Assembly (NCBI GenBank): GCA_963666345.1
Contig: OY762721.1
Location: 1,952,001-2,016,000 of the forward strand
Source of the DNA: Desulfatiglandales bacterium
GTDB taxonomy: Bacteria; Desulfobacterota; DSM-4660; Desulfatiglandales; Desulfatiglandaceae
Length of the DNA: 64,000 nt
Direction: 5' to 3'
Shown here: one piece after another, positions 48,595 to 59,575 of the stretch
How positions within the stretch are numbered: position 1 is the stretch's first letter
Layout of the letters: each line of letters begins with the position of its first letter
Made by a program: the position numbers and the translations under genes
The notes under the pieces: model-generated
The model's database searches: none
Told to the model about the DNA's origin: nothing
The model's input: the letters and a program-made list of their open reading frames with translations, nothing else

Positions 48595-49761
48595 ATGGCT
48601 GAAGTTCTTACCGGGTTGGACCTTGCCGGACAAGGGGCGTTAAATGGGATCAAGGGCCACAGGATCGGTCTTCTGGGCAATCAGGCCTCTTGTGACGGAA
48701 GGCTCAACCATGCAAAAGATATCCTTTCAGGACTTTTCGAAGAAGACCTCTGCGCCCTTTTCGGTCCTCAGCACGGCTATGCGGGAGAAGACCAGGACAA
48801 CATGATCGAGACTCCCCATTCAAGGGACAAAAGGCTATGTATTCCTGTTTTCAGTCTATATTCCGAGACAAGAGAACCTCTTCCCTCCATGCTTGAACTT
48901 ATCGATATACTCGTTATAGACCTGCAGGATGTGGGCACACGCGTTTATACCTTTGCCTCCACCATGCTTGGGTGTCTTAAGGCATGTGCAAGGCAGGGCA
49001 AAAGGGTAATTGTCCTTGACAGACCCAATCCGCTGGGAGGTCGGATGGTTGAGGGAAACCTGCTTGAAGACGACATGCGCTCCTTTGTAGGCCCCTTTTC
49101 CCTTCCCATGCGGCACGGACTGACGATGGGCGAGATGGCCCAGATGTTCAACAGTGAAATGGATATAGGTTGTGACCTTGATATAATTTCCATGAAGGGG
49201 TGGAAAAGGGACATGTTCTGGAACGAAACAGGCCTTAAATGGCTGATGCCCTCGACCAATATGCCTTCAGCTGAAACTGCCGCGGTATACCCGGGCCAGG
49301 TTATCTGGGAAGGGACGAATCTTTCCGAGGGCAGGGGCACATGCCGGCCCTTTGAAATTTTTGGAGCTCCCTGGCTTGACACAGCCGGGATAAAAAAGCT
49401 TATGGGGAATGGGAAAGGTTGTTTTCTCCAGGAATTCACTTTCAAGCCTACCTTCCACAAATGGGAAGGTGAAATCTGCCACGGATTCATGATCCACATG
49501 CTCGATCAGAGAAAGTACCGGCCCTATTTTACCTCGATTACTCTTTTAAAGGCGATAATCGGTATGCATAGGGATAATTTTCAGTGGCGAAGCCCCCCCT
49601 ATGAATATGAATACCAAAGAGAGCCGATCGATCTTATAATTGGAAGCACTTCTCTCAGGCGCGACATTGAATCAGGTTCTTCGATTCAATCCATAGAGGA
49701 AAGGATTTTAGCAGACGCGGAGGATTTTATTTCCCGGCGAAGGCCTTATCTGCTCTATTAG
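48595..49761 (+). CDS. namZ: Exo-beta-N-acetylmuramidase NamZ (DUF1343) family
   Basis: LFGPQHG, DLQDVGTRVYT, LDRPNP, RHGLTMGE, EGTNLSEGRGT. Confidence 0.88.
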   Translation: MAEVLTGLDLAGQGALNGIKGHRIGLLGNQASCDGRLNHAKDILSGLFEEDLCALFGPQHGYAGEDQDNMIETPHSRDKRLCIPVFSLYSETREPLPSMLELIDILVIDLQDVGTRVYTFASTMLGCLKACARQGKRVIVLDRPNPLGGRMVEGNLLEDDMRSFVGPFSLPMRHGLTMGEMAQMFNSEMDIGCDLDIISMKGWKRDMFWNETGLKWLMPSTNMPSAETAAVYPGQVIWEGTNLSEGRGTCRPFEIFGAPWLDTAGIKKLMGNGKGCFLQEFTFKPTFHKWEGEICHGFMIHMLDQRKYRPYFTSITLLKAIIGMHRDNFQWRSPPYEYEYQREPIDLIIGSTSLRRDIESGSSIQSIEERILADAEDFISRRRPYLLY

Positions 49762-49829
49762 GTGCCGCTTGGATCCCGGGACCCTTTCCTTCAACCGTAT
49801 TGGAGAAAAGTACCCTCTATTAAAACATT

Positions 49830-49860
49830 CGGGCACCACCATAAGATTTGGTGATGCCCG
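49830..49860. terminator. Hairpin between convergent genes
   Basis: CGGGCACCACCA...TGGTGATGCCCG. Confidence 0.55.
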
Positions 49861-49958
49861 ACGATGGATTTAAAACGTTATCCCTGTTTTAGATGTTATC
49901 AAAGACGATAAGGTATGGACTCAGGTGATTTTCAATTGTGAATCCACCCCTTTTGATG

Positions 49959-50129
49959 CTATTTTTTTGAATCCCCGCCTATCCATTTGTCAATCGCCTC
50001 TTTGTCGAATCTCCAGACGCGGCCTATGCGTATTGCGGGGATCTTGCCCTCGGCAGCATATTTGCAAATGGTTATTTCATGAAGCTTAAGATATTTAGCT
50101 ACTTCCTTAGTTGTCATTATTTCCGGCAT
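49959..50129 (-). CDS. Small excisionase-like HTH DNA-binding protein
   Basis: MPEIMTTKEVAKYLKL...GKIPAIRIGRVWRF; GGAG RBS before ATG at 50129. Confidence 0.85.
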   Translation of the reverse strand: MPEIMTTKEVAKYLKLHEITICKYAAEGKIPAIRIGRVWRFDKEAIDKWIGGDSKK

Positions 50130-50796
50130 AACATACTCCTCTTTAACCATAAAAAATTCATAGTTCGTTGAAATGATAAAATATATACGGCAAACCGTTA
50201 GTGTTACGTTTAATACCACATCTAGCTAAAGTCAACAATAAACTTACTAATAGACTACGAAAAGATATCAATATATTGTTTTTCATATGCATTTTCATCT
50301 TCCAAGTTAATTTCTTAAACATTAAGGAAACATAGAACGCATAAAACCCATAATTTTATCCTCAGCAAAAGAAAATGACCTGGCTATTTAGAGCAAAAAC
50401 AGAAAGTTTGAATATATGATCTAAATAAACAAAAATTGCAACTAAATTATCATATGGTTTTCTGTTTATGCATAAATGTTGAGCTGAGGAGCCTTTCCGG
50501 CAATAGTTTTCTTGACTGAAGCAGTCCAAGGACCTATAACCCCTTACCTTACAAAAGCCTGCGGCCTTAACCAATTTTAACGGATCCTTAAAAAGCCCGT
50601 TCATGCAGCTTTGCGACAGCATATCGGGAAAGAACCCGGATAATTCGGCGGCATGAGTCATTATCAGTAAATCGATTAAAAGTCAGGGACCCGGCCTTTT
50701 TAATCGATGTAACTTACTTTGAAATATAACTGCCGTCTCAATATTAATCTTTTAACGGTCCATCAAATTCAGAGAAAGCAGATAGAGCAATTCCAG

Positions 50797-53100
50797 ATGA
50801 TTTTACCCAAAATACCCATGTTCCCGGATGCTTCCACATTAAAGGAAGGCAAAAGCTTAATCACCCTGGCAGGCAAATGGATCGGCTATTATATCCTGAT
50901 AGGATGCATCGCCGGCCTTGGCGCCGTAGCCTTCCATTACCTCTGCCACCTGGGCAGTTATATTTTCATGGATCAGATGGCCGGGTATCATCCTCCTTCG
51001 CCGGCGGGCGAAATGCCCCTTTTCTCCGACTCCGGCAGGAGCTTCAACAGGTGGATACTGCTGTTTCTTCCGGCGTTCGGTGGCATCATGAGCGGGTGGC
51101 TCGTCTATACGTTCGCACCTGAAGCCGAGGGACACGGTACCGATGCCGCCATTGACGCCTACCATAGCAAGGCGGGATTCATCAGGACCAGGATCCCATT
51201 TATAAAGACCATCGCATCGGCAATAACCATCACATCGGGCGGATCGGGCGGACGAGAGGGACCTATCGCCCAGATAGGAGCGGGATTCGGCTCTTTTCTT
51301 GCGACCAAGCTGAATCTTTCCGATAGAGAACGCCGCATAATGCTTGCCGCGGGCATAGGCGCCGGTGTGGGCAGCATATTTCGCGCCCCCCTGGCGGGTG
51401 CCCTCTTCGCGGCCGAGGTCCTTTACCGCGACCCGGAGTTTGAATCAGAGGTCATTATTCCGGCAGGGATCTCCTCTGTAGTCGCCTACTGCGTGTTCTG
51501 TCTGTTTTTCGGCTGGGGATCGCTCTTTTCATCGGAAGATTTTGTATTTCGGAATCCTCTCGAGCTTGGTCCCTATACTGTACTCGCGTTTGTGCTGGTA
51601 GCCGGTGGTGTCTGCTACATAAAATCCTTTTACGGTATCCAGAAATTATTTAAGGGCATCAGAATCCCGAATCACCTCAAACCCGCAATTGGAGGAATGT
51701 GCACCGGAATCATAGGCTTTTTCCTGCCGCAAACCCTTTCTTTCGGTTACGGATTTGCACAGATGGCCCTTGAAAACCGACTGCCGGTAATCTTTCTTCT
51801 CGGCCTGGCCTTCGGAAAGATCCTGACCACATCTTTTTCTATCGGTTCGGGTGGCAGCGGCGGGGTTTTCGGCCCATCCATCGTAATAGGGGGCGCCCTG
51901 GGAGGTGCGGTCGGAAAGATATTCCATTCCGTCATGCCGCATATAGTCACACAGCCCGGTGCCTTTGTGGTTGTAGGAATGGCGGGGTTTTTCGCTGCGG
52001 TTTCAAACACCCCCATCTCAACGATAATATTCGTGAGCGAGATGACCAATTCCTATCATCTGCTTCTCCCCGGTCTACTTGTCTGCTCCCTGTCATTTCT
52101 GCTTTCAAGAAAATGGACCATCTACATCAAGCAGGTAAAAGGCAGGATTGATTCCGGAGCCCACAAGGGTGACTTTTTTGTGGATGTTCTCGCCTCGATC
52201 AGGGTCAGGGAACTGATGCACAGCCTCAGGAAGGTGGATCTGATATCTGAAAATACCACCCTCAAGCAATTCCGGGATATCTTCCGCGATAGTGAACAGC
52301 ACTATTTCCCGGTTGTGGATAAAAACAGGAGGCTTACGGGATTTTTTTCAATCAACGATATAAGAGGGATAATCTTTGACCAGGAACTGGGCGAGCTGGT
52401 CAGGATGAATGACGTAGCAAAAACCGATATAATTTACACAACCCCCTCGGAAGACCTTAATGAGGTGCTGAAAAAACTCACTGTCCGCAATCTTCAGGCC
52501 GTACCGGTTGTCAAGGAAGATGACCCGCAGACGCTCCTTGGCATGCTCGACCGCCGCGAGGTAATACAGTACTACAACGAGCGAGTCGAAGGAATCAAAT
52601 CGGGACAGAGTGTTGGTGAAGCTATCGTTGATGAAGATATGACCCGGCTGGGAAAAATCATAGTCGCTTCCGCGATGAAAAGCCATGTCAGGACTGTGCG
52701 CGCGGACGCCACGCTTGATGAGCTGGAAGGGTTGATCTATGAATCGAAATTCAGGAGTTTCCCCATGGTCGACTCCAGGGGAAGACTTGAAGGAATCATC
52801 TCTCTTTCAGATATCAAAAAAGCCATGACGAAAAAAGGGGCGTATGTTTCAGCAAAAAATATCGCAACAAGGCAGCTGGTGACGGTTACAAGAAATGACA
52901 CCCTGTTTTCAGCGCTAAACAAGATAAGCAGTGGTGATTACGCGATTCTGCCTGTGGTGGGAGAAAAGGATCCCTCCATCCTGATCGGGGTAATAAGCAG
53001 AAGCAACATAATCGCCTCCTTTAACAGCACAATATCAAAGAAGAGGTCAGGCACGGAAAAACCGGGCAAGGACCTCTTCTTAAAGAACAAATCTATTTGA
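50797..53100 (+). CDS. ClC chloride channel/antiporter with tandem CBS pairs (start approximate)
   Basis: GSGGREGP, GGVFGP, two C-terminal CBS pairs. Confidence 0.9.
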   Translation: MILPKIPMFPDASTLKEGKSLITLAGKWIGYYILIGCIAGLGAVAFHYLCHLGSYIFMDQMAGYHPPSPAGEMPLFSDSGRSFNRWILLFLPAFGGIMSGWLVYTFAPEAEGHGTDAAIDAYHSKAGFIRTRIPFIKTIASAITITSGGSGGREGPIAQIGAGFGSFLATKLNLSDRERRIMLAAGIGAGVGSIFRAPLAGALFAAEVLYRDPEFESEVIIPAGISSVVAYCVFCLFFGWGSLFSSEDFVFRNPLELGPYTVLAFVLVAGGVCYIKSFYGIQKLFKGIRIPNHLKPAIGGMCTGIIGFFLPQTLSFGYGFAQMALENRLPVIFLLGLAFGKILTTSFSIGSGGSGGVFGPSIVIGGALGGAVGKIFHSVMPHIVTQPGAFVVVGMAGFFAAVSNTPISTIIFVSEMTNSYHLLLPGLLVCSLSFLLSRKWTIYIKQVKGRIDSGAHKGDFFVDVLASIRVRELMHSLRKVDLISENTTLKQFRDIFRDSEQHYFPVVDKNRRLTGFFSINDIRGIIFDQELGELVRMNDVAKTDIIYTTPSEDLNEVLKKLTVRNLQAVPVVKEDDPQTLLGMLDRREVIQYYNERVEGIKSGQSVGEAIVDEDMTRLGKIIVASAMKSHVRTVRADATLDELEGLIYESKFRSFPMVDSRGRLEGIISLSDIKKAMTKKGAYVSAKNIATRQLVTVTRNDTLFSALNKISSGDYAILPVVGEKDPSILIGVISRSNIIASFNSTISKKRSGTEKPGKDLFLKNKSI

Positions 53101-53968
53101 GCGTCTTGAGTTTGGCCTCTGCTATCTTGGCCTCGCTTGTCTTGGGGTAATTCTTAATTATCTTTTTTAAGAGGAGTTTCGCGCTTATCTTGTCTTTTAT
53201 TTCGTAAAACGCCAGGGCCTGCCTCAACATCGCATTCGGCACCTTGTTGCCCTTGGGATATTGTTTGATCACCTTCTGGTATGCCAGGATCGCCTGCTCA
53301 TATTGTGACAGAGACATGAATGATTCACCGATCCAGAACTGGGCGTTGTCGGCCAGTTTGGAGTCGGGATGCCTCTTCAAAAACAGTGTGAAGCCTGCCA
53401 GGGCCTCGTCATATTTCCCCTCTTTGTAGGTCTTAAGGGTATCCTCATAGAGCCGTTCGTCAGGAGGCACCATCTTCTCCTCCTTGTTTTCCGGCTCAAC
53501 AGGTTTAACCGTAGCATTTTCAGAGTCAGGCCTTTGAACGGAAGTACCGGGAGGAGATCCAAGCCGCAGGTGCCCACGAAGCTCTTTAATGCTTTTCTCA
53601 AGCTCTACCAATTTGGCCTTCATAAGATCCTGTTCGGTCGTATCCCTTTCCACCGTTCGCCTGACAAGCTGATTGTTTTCTTCCATCCGGCTGTCAAGTC
53701 CCTGCATCGACTGTCTTATAGCATCGATTTCCTGGCTCATCCCCGCCTGGCTCTCCGTCATGGAGGAGAACCTCGATTCGAGGCCTGATTTGAGCTGATC
53801 GTCAACCGAACCCTCCAGTGTGCCCACCCTTTTGTTTAATGCCGTTACCTGATCGTTCAGATAAAGGATATCTTCCTGCATGGTCACGCAGGAAGTAAGC
53901 AGTAGAAGGGAAAACAGGATAAATCCCGGTTTCAAGATATTCATGAGGTTATATAAGTATGTTTTCAT
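53093..53968 (-). CDS. cpoB: Tol-Pal protein CpoB/YbgF
   Basis: Lipobox, coiled coil, TPR (ADNAQFWIGE, YPKGNKVP). Confidence 0.9.
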   Translation of the reverse strand: MKTYLYNLMNILKPGFILFSLLLLTSCVTMQEDILYLNDQVTALNKRVGTLEGSVDDQLKSGLESRFSSMTESQAGMSQEIDAIRQSMQGLDSRMEENNQLVRRTVERDTTEQDLMKAKLVELEKSIKELRGHLRLGSPPGTSVQRPDSENATVKPVEPENKEEKMVPPDERLYEDTLKTYKEGKYDEALAGFTLFLKRHPDSKLADNAQFWIGESFMSLSQYEQAILAYQKVIKQYPKGNKVPNAMLRQALAFYEIKDKISAKLLLKKIIKNYPKTSEAKIAEAKLKTLK

Positions 53969-53991
53969 CTTAATAGACCACCCAAAATAAA

Positions 53992-54021
53992 TGAGCCGAC
54001 CTTTGAGACAGGGTCGGCTCG
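53992..54021 (-). terminator. Hairpin between pal and cpoB
   Basis: GAGCCGACCT...GGGTCGGCTC followed by T-rich run on minus strand. Confidence 0.45.
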
Positions 54022-54273
54022 TTAATGTTGATTCTTTAATCTGTCCACTTCCGCCCGCCCCTCCGCATATTCAAAGGGCCAAAGCGCTCCGGATTCAAAA
54101 AGACCTTGAACTCCATAAATATACCCGACTAAAACATGTGCCCCCTTGGAATTATTAATTCACCCCGGTTTGGGATCCGGCCTCACAGACCCGTTACCGG
54201 TTCGAATGCGGGAGGCAAAGGGATGAGCGCAAATGGCGGCACATATCCGAAGATCGTTTCAGGAATCCAAGAC

Positions 54274-54861
54274 CTACTTTTTGATCAACCTGAATTCATC
54301 CCGCCTGTTTTTGGCCCAGGCCGCGTCGTTGTGACCCTGATCGGCAGGCTGTTCTTCCCCATAACTGATCGTCGACATCCTGTCCCCGGAGATGCCTAGG
54401 GCGTTGAGGTACTTCCACGCCGCCACAGCCCTTCTTTCACCCAGGGCCACATTGTATTCACTTGTGCCCCTTTCGTCACAATGCCCTTCTATCTTAAGGG
54501 AATATGAAGGGTTCTGCCTCAACCAGTCAGCCTTCTTTTTGAGTACGGACCTTGCCTCGGCCTTCAGATCGGACCTGTCAAAATCAAAGTAGATCTTTTC
54601 TGCCTGGAAATGCCGGATTTCTGTTTTGAGCTGCTGGCGCTGCTGCAACTCCCGAAGCATTTTCTGCCGCTCCGCCTCTTTCTTTGCCCGGTATGCCTCA
54701 TTTTCCGCTGTAAGATCGCTTCCCGTATCTTCAGCCTTTACCTCTGCGGCTTTTGTCTCTTCAGACACCCGGACCTGTTTTTTCGCACAGGATGTCAGAA
54801 AAAGAAAGGATGAACATACAAAAGCCAGGACGAAAAAGCCGGTCATCATTTTTTTCAACAT
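54274..54861 (-). CDS. pal: Peptidoglycan-associated lipoprotein
   Basis: Lipobox LTSC, IYFDFD, EGHCDERGTSEYN, SYGEE, KNRR. Confidence 0.95.
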   Translation of the reverse strand: MLKKMMTGFFVLAFVCSSFLFLTSCAKKQVRVSEETKAAEVKAEDTGSDLTAENEAYRAKKEAERQKMLRELQQRQQLKTEIRHFQAEKIYFDFDRSDLKAEARSVLKKKADWLRQNPSYSLKIEGHCDERGTSEYNVALGERRAVAAWKYLNALGISGDRMSTISYGEEQPADQGHNDAAWAKNRRDEFRLIKK

Positions 54862-55389
54862 TATCCCCTTACCTCCTGAATATTAGATTTTTAAAGAACC
54901 ATTATAGGTCGTCTTAAATAACAAGTAAACAATTTCCATTTCTATCAGGCTGTTGTGTTCTCAAGTAAAAAAAATCCAAAATTCTCCGAGCAAAAATGCC
55001 TCCAGACAAAAATTTTTAACATTTCCTGCTTACTATTTCAAGGCTTTAGATCGGTTAAACTGCTTTTAAGAAAGGTGCCCCTCCTAATCAGCCGGAGAAC
55101 AGTGCCCGAGGATTCGAGGAATCAAGGATTCAAGGGTTTGTTTTCTAAAGACTTTATCCTCGCTTTTAATATTCATTTGATCTGTGATTAATCCTTCATC
55201 ACTTGAAAATTTCGGCTTTCCCCTATATGTATTTTAATATAATTCGAATTATTTCTGCCAAAGCTTCAATTATTTATATTTCTTCTGCAGTTAACTTGAA
55301 AATGCGAAACCTCAGGATTCCCATATGCCAGGTTGCAGATAATCCATGAAAAAGACACTGCGCCCCCGGAGGAAGGTGCCTGAAAAATC

Positions 55390-56700
55390 TCAGGGGGCCC
55401 AGGATGGAGAGGTCTGATCACCTTTCATATGGGTGATTCTCCTCCTGTTTTTCCCATAGGCATTCATGCAGTAGAGATGATAATTGCCCTCTCTGTTTGA
55501 GCTGTACACGATGTATCTTCCGTCAGGGGACCAGCAGGGATCTTCATTATTGCCATGGTTACCGGTCAATCTTCTAAGGCCTCCGCCGTCAGGCTCTATT
55601 GTGAAGACGTCGAAACGTCCCCTGTTCATGGATACAAACGCTATTCTGTTGGTGCTCGACCAGGCGGGTGAGGTATTGTAATTGCCTTCAAAGGTTAGCC
55701 GCTCCTCCTTGCCGCTTGTCAGGTCGAATATATAGAGCTGAGGAGAACCCGACCTGTTTGAAACGAAGACCATCCTGTTCCCGTCGGGAGAAAACGCAGG
55801 GGACATATCTATGCCCCACTGATTGGTAACGCGATCAAGGATCTTTCCTTTAAGGCCTATGATAAAAATATCCTGGTTCCCTTTCGGGCTCAGTGTGAGG
55901 GCGATCTTGCTTCCGTCAGGCGACCAGCAGGCCCCGATATTGAGACCCTTCCGGGAGGAAATGAGTTTTTCCGAATTACTCGAGAAGGTTTTCATATAGA
56001 GCATCGGCCCGCCCCCGCCCTTATAGGAATTAAAGAGGAGCCTTTTCCCGTCAGGCGACCAGCGGGGCAGAAGCGCGATACTCCCGTCATCGGTTATCCG
56101 ATCCGTATTGTGACCGTCATAGTCCGAAACATAGATCTCCTTATGACCCGTTGAATTTCCCACAAAGGCCAGTTTTGTCAGACACACCCCTTCATAGCCC
56201 GTCAGTTTTCGGATAATTTCGTTTCCCAATCTGTGCATGAGCCGCCTGAAATTTTTCCTGTCTCCCAAAAGCCTCTTACCCAGTATCTGTTTCCCCCAGA
56301 ATACGTCAAAGAGCCTTATCTCCACCTCCAGACTGTTGCCGATGCATGTATAGCTCCCCTTCACGAGCAGCTCGGAGCCGATGACGGACCAGTCTTTGAA
56401 GCGAATGGTTTCAAGTGTGAGGGCGGAGGGATCCTCTTCAAGAAATGCCTCCTTATCTATCGGGCTGAAGTAGCCGCTCAGATCAAGATCACTTGAAAGG
56501 ACTTCAGGGAGCGCCGAAGCCATCTCCTGGTATTGATTTTGAGGGGTGTTGTTTTTGAAATCAGGCAGGGCCACATTGAATTTTCTGACGGAAGGGGCGT
56601 TTATATCGATAAAAATCTTTGCAAAGGACTGGGACGGTAGAATGGATAAAATCAAAAAAAGGGAAAAGACGAATATTGAAGATCTGCGATTTATAATCAT
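55390..56700 (-). CDS. tolB: TolB beta-propeller protein
   Basis: Repeated WSPDG motifs; tol-pal synteny. Confidence 0.93.
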   Translation of the reverse strand: MIINRRSSIFVFSLFLILSILPSQSFAKIFIDINAPSVRKFNVALPDFKNNTPQNQYQEMASALPEVLSSDLDLSGYFSPIDKEAFLEEDPSALTLETIRFKDWSVIGSELLVKGSYTCIGNSLEVEIRLFDVFWGKQILGKRLLGDRKNFRRLMHRLGNEIIRKLTGYEGVCLTKLAFVGNSTGHKEIYVSDYDGHNTDRITDDGSIALLPRWSPDGKRLLFNSYKGGGGPMLYMKTFSSNSEKLISSRKGLNIGACWSPDGSKIALTLSPKGNQDIFIIGLKGKILDRVTNQWGIDMSPAFSPDGNRMVFVSNRSGSPQLYIFDLTSGKEERLTFEGNYNTSPAWSSTNRIAFVSMNRGRFDVFTIEPDGGGLRRLTGNHGNNEDPCWSPDGRYIVYSSNREGNYHLYCMNAYGKNRRRITHMKGDQTSPSWAP

Positions 56701-56722
56701 AGGGTCTGATAGCCTCCAGGTT

Positions 56723-57610
56723 TTATTCCGCTTCGAGATCCCTGAGGTTAAAATTTATTTCCAGTTCATCACGGCTCTTTCGATAACCCTCAGGGAACGG
56801 CGGCAGGGGATCGGATCGCTCAACCGCCTTAAGGACCGATTGATCAAACATTGCATTTGAAGACCTTTTTGTCAGAGAAAAATCGAGGATGGTCCCGTCG
56901 TTTCTCACCTGGACAAGGACAATCGCTTCAATATCCTTATCCTTTTTGGGATTTGCCAGATCAACCGGATATGCCCAGTTACCCTTGATCTTTTCCTCCA
57001 CGCTCATCTGGTACCATCTGAAACTGATACCGCTCAAACTCCCGCCGCCCGGGCCTCCGGATTCGGCCTCCTTGCTATTCTCAAGCTTGGCCACGGCCCG
57101 GCCGATGTGATCGACCTCCTGCTTTTCCACATTCTTTTCGATCCTTGAAACCGCATCTTCTATCAGGTTGGTATCCTTTTTTTTCGCGTCAACCTCTTTC
57201 CTGATCTTTGACACGGCCTTATCGATCATCTTTGTAGGCGAAACCTTCGGTTTTTCTTTGCCGGCGGCCTTGCTTTCCACGACCCTTTTCGCGATCACCA
57301 CAGGTTTTTCTTTAACCGTCGGGACCGTTATCCGCTTTGCCGGAACAGGAACGGCCTTCTTCCTGGGAGAGGGCTTTACCGCCCGGGCCTTTTTTGCGCT
57401 CACCACCTTGGCAGGCCTGGACGCAGCGGGCATTTCCACCAGATTAACCTCGTAAACCGGCCCCGATATTCTGCGTGTGGGCATGGATTCCGGGACAAAT
57501 ACGACAGCCGAGAACAGGAAAAGATGGAAGACCACGGATGCAATAAGCATCTTGTTCCAGTTCGGATCCCCAAGGCTGCCGGTATTTGAAGAACCCCAAA
57601 CGGCCTGCAT
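56723..57610 (-). CDS. tolA: TolA/TonB C-terminal-domain protein
   Basis: Single TM, Lys/Pro-rich linker, SSNAMFDQSVLKAV..SDPLPPFP; synteny. Confidence 0.75.
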   Translation of the reverse strand: MQAVWGSSNTGSLGDPNWNKMLIASVVFHLFLFSAVVFVPESMPTRRISGPVYEVNLVEMPAASRPAKVVSAKKARAVKPSPRKKAVPVPAKRITVPTVKEKPVVIAKRVVESKAAGKEKPKVSPTKMIDKAVSKIRKEVDAKKKDTNLIEDAVSRIEKNVEKQEVDHIGRAVAKLENSKEAESGGPGGGSLSGISFRWYQMSVEEKIKGNWAYPVDLANPKKDKDIEAIVLVQVRNDGTILDFSLTKRSSNAMFDQSVLKAVERSDPLPPFPEGYRKSRDELEINFNLRDLEAE

Positions 57611-57615
57611 AAGAT

Positions 57616-58017
57616 CTAATCCTCAGGTTGGGTGACCATGCCAAGGTTATCGATACCCGCTCTTTTTACCCCTGCTATCACCTTTATGACAAAACCGTAG
57701 GGCACATCCTTGTCGGCCCTTAAAAGGACCTGTTTTTCCCTTCTGTTTTCAAAGATCTTCTTTACCTTTGCCTCAAGATTCTTGAGACTGATCTTATGAT
57801 TTTCGATGAAGATCTCTCTATTCTTTTTCACCGTGAGCATCAGCGGTTCCTGTTTTGTCTTTATGTTCTTGGTGGTAGTCTTGGGAAGTGTTACATCCAC
57901 CCCCTGCGTCATCATTGGAGCGGCCACCATGAATATTATAAGCAGAACCAGCATCACATCCACAAGGGGTGTGACGTTGATTTCAGACATCAGTTTTCTG
58001 TCTCGGGAACTTTTCAT
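57616..58017 (-). CDS. tolR: TolR
   Basis: SEINVTPLVDVMLVLLIIFM, LRADKDVPYG. Confidence 0.93.
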   Translation of the reverse strand: MKSSRDRKLMSEINVTPLVDVMLVLLIIFMVAAPMMTQGVDVTLPKTTTKNIKTKQEPLMLTVKKNREIFIENHKISLKNLEAKVKKIFENRREKQVLLRADKDVPYGFVIKVIAGVKRAGIDNLGMVTQPED

Positions 58018-58249
58018 ATTTAAGCGGCTTTATCCGTATTCAAGTAACGTCCGTAACTGTTTTATTTTACCTGATGTTTATGCTGAGATCAAATCATGTA
58101 TCGCCACCCTAAATCCACCATCCGGTTAACACATAATCAATCATGACTTGGGATTTTGACTTCCCGGTTACCGGCAAGCTGTTAGATGCAGGGCACTGAG
58201 GCCTATAACCTCATTACCTCCGGTGGCTCAGGGAGAAAGGCCTCAGCCC

Positions 58250-59047
58250 CTAGTTGGATGCGTTTGTTATTATATGCTCCTTAAAGAACTGCCTTTCAAC
58301 CATGCTTGTAAAATCGGACGCGAATATATCCATATCGCCCTTGAGTTCCCATATCTTATTGCTGAAATAGTTAAAGGCCACGACAGCCGGTATGGCGGCG
58401 GCCAGCCCGGCGGCGGTTGCGATAAGCGCCTCTGAGATACCGGGGGCCACGACAGCAAGGTTTGCCGAACCTTTGAGGCCTATGCCTCTGAAAGACTCCA
58501 TAATCCCCCAAACCGTTCCGAAAAGACCGATAAATGGAGCGGTATTCCCTGTGGTTGCAAGAAAGGTCAGAGCGCTTTCAAGCCTGTTGCCCTGATCCAT
58601 ACTTGATTTTTTCAGCGTTCTCTCAAGGTTGTCCATTATGGTATTCTTTGACTGGGTAAGGCCGTCTCCCCAGCTCAGGTCACCCGTATCCGGTGATTCA
58701 GAGGACCCCTGTATCCTGCGCATCCTGCTGAACTCTCCATAACCTGACCGGAATACATTTGCAACGGGACTTGATTCAAGGCTCTTGGACTCCATGTAGA
58801 TTCTTTTCAGGCCTCTGCTTCCCCAGTAGATCTCCATAAATTTCGCATTCTGCCTTTTTGCCTTTCTCACAAGCCGCCATTTAAAAAATATGATCGTCCA
58901 GGATATAACGGAAAATACGAAAAGGACAAAAAGGACAAATTTGACCATCAGGCCCGCATGTATGATCATTTGAACGATATCATGCCCAAAGGCGCTTTGC
59001 ATGGACAGACCGGTTATTACATGCGTGAAAAAAGGGATATCTATCAT
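58250..59047 (-). CDS. tolQ: TolQ
   Basis: APFIGLFGTVWGIM, VAPGISEALIATAAGL. Confidence 0.93.
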   Translation of the reverse strand: MIDIPFFTHVITGLSMQSAFGHDIVQMIIHAGLMVKFVLFVLFVFSVISWTIIFFKWRLVRKAKRQNAKFMEIYWGSRGLKRIYMESKSLESSPVANVFRSGYGEFSRMRRIQGSSESPDTGDLSWGDGLTQSKNTIMDNLERTLKKSSMDQGNRLESALTFLATTGNTAPFIGLFGTVWGIMESFRGIGLKGSANLAVVAPGISEALIATAAGLAAAIPAVVAFNYFSNKIWELKGDMDIFASDFTSMVERQFFKEHIITNASN

Positions 59048-59420
59048 TAATCACCTCACATGATGTTTCTGTGGATTCAAGTCAAAAAAGGGCCTCCGAC
59101 CTGTATCTTTGCCGGAAAGGCTCCGTGGGTCAAGGATAGAATCTTTCTATAATGAGATCGCTCAGCTTTCAAGCACAATTTGATTTCAGGAAAAATAAAC
59201 ATGCCTCCTGCTGTTCAGCCGGTCTTTATCCTTCGTGAGATTATAAGGCAACTTGGTGATTTGTGATAAGTTATGGGTAGATTTGTCTGTCTTTAATGTG
59301 TAAGGGGCCGAGGGGTCGGGGGGCCGAGGGAAAAACAGATAAACCTTACACTATTTGAGTAATCTGAGAAATATCTGATGTTTGAATATTATCAGGGCGT
59401 TGAAAAGAAAACCGACCACT

Positions 59421-59523
59421 AGCCTTTGCAAGAGCAGTAAGAGCTATTCCCAAGGGAGTATCGCCCTGGAAAAAACATCCTGTCTTGTCCTGTTGTTCAA
59501 GTGAACGCAGTGAACGGGCGGTT
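59421..59523. repeat. Structured repeat type B, copy 18 (inverted, degenerate)
   Basis: GGGAGTATCGCCC...AAAACATCCTGTCTTGTCC...CAAGTGAACGCAGTGAACGGGCGGTT. Confidence 0.8.
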
Positions 59524-59575
59524 AAAAGAAAGGGGCCGAGTGAAACATAGGCCTTTTATTTGAAAGTGTCCCCTG

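Noticed and set aside
49959..50129. Prophage or ICE excisionase
   Set aside because: Solitary HTH gene among housekeeping genes; no integrase, att site or phage genes nearby.
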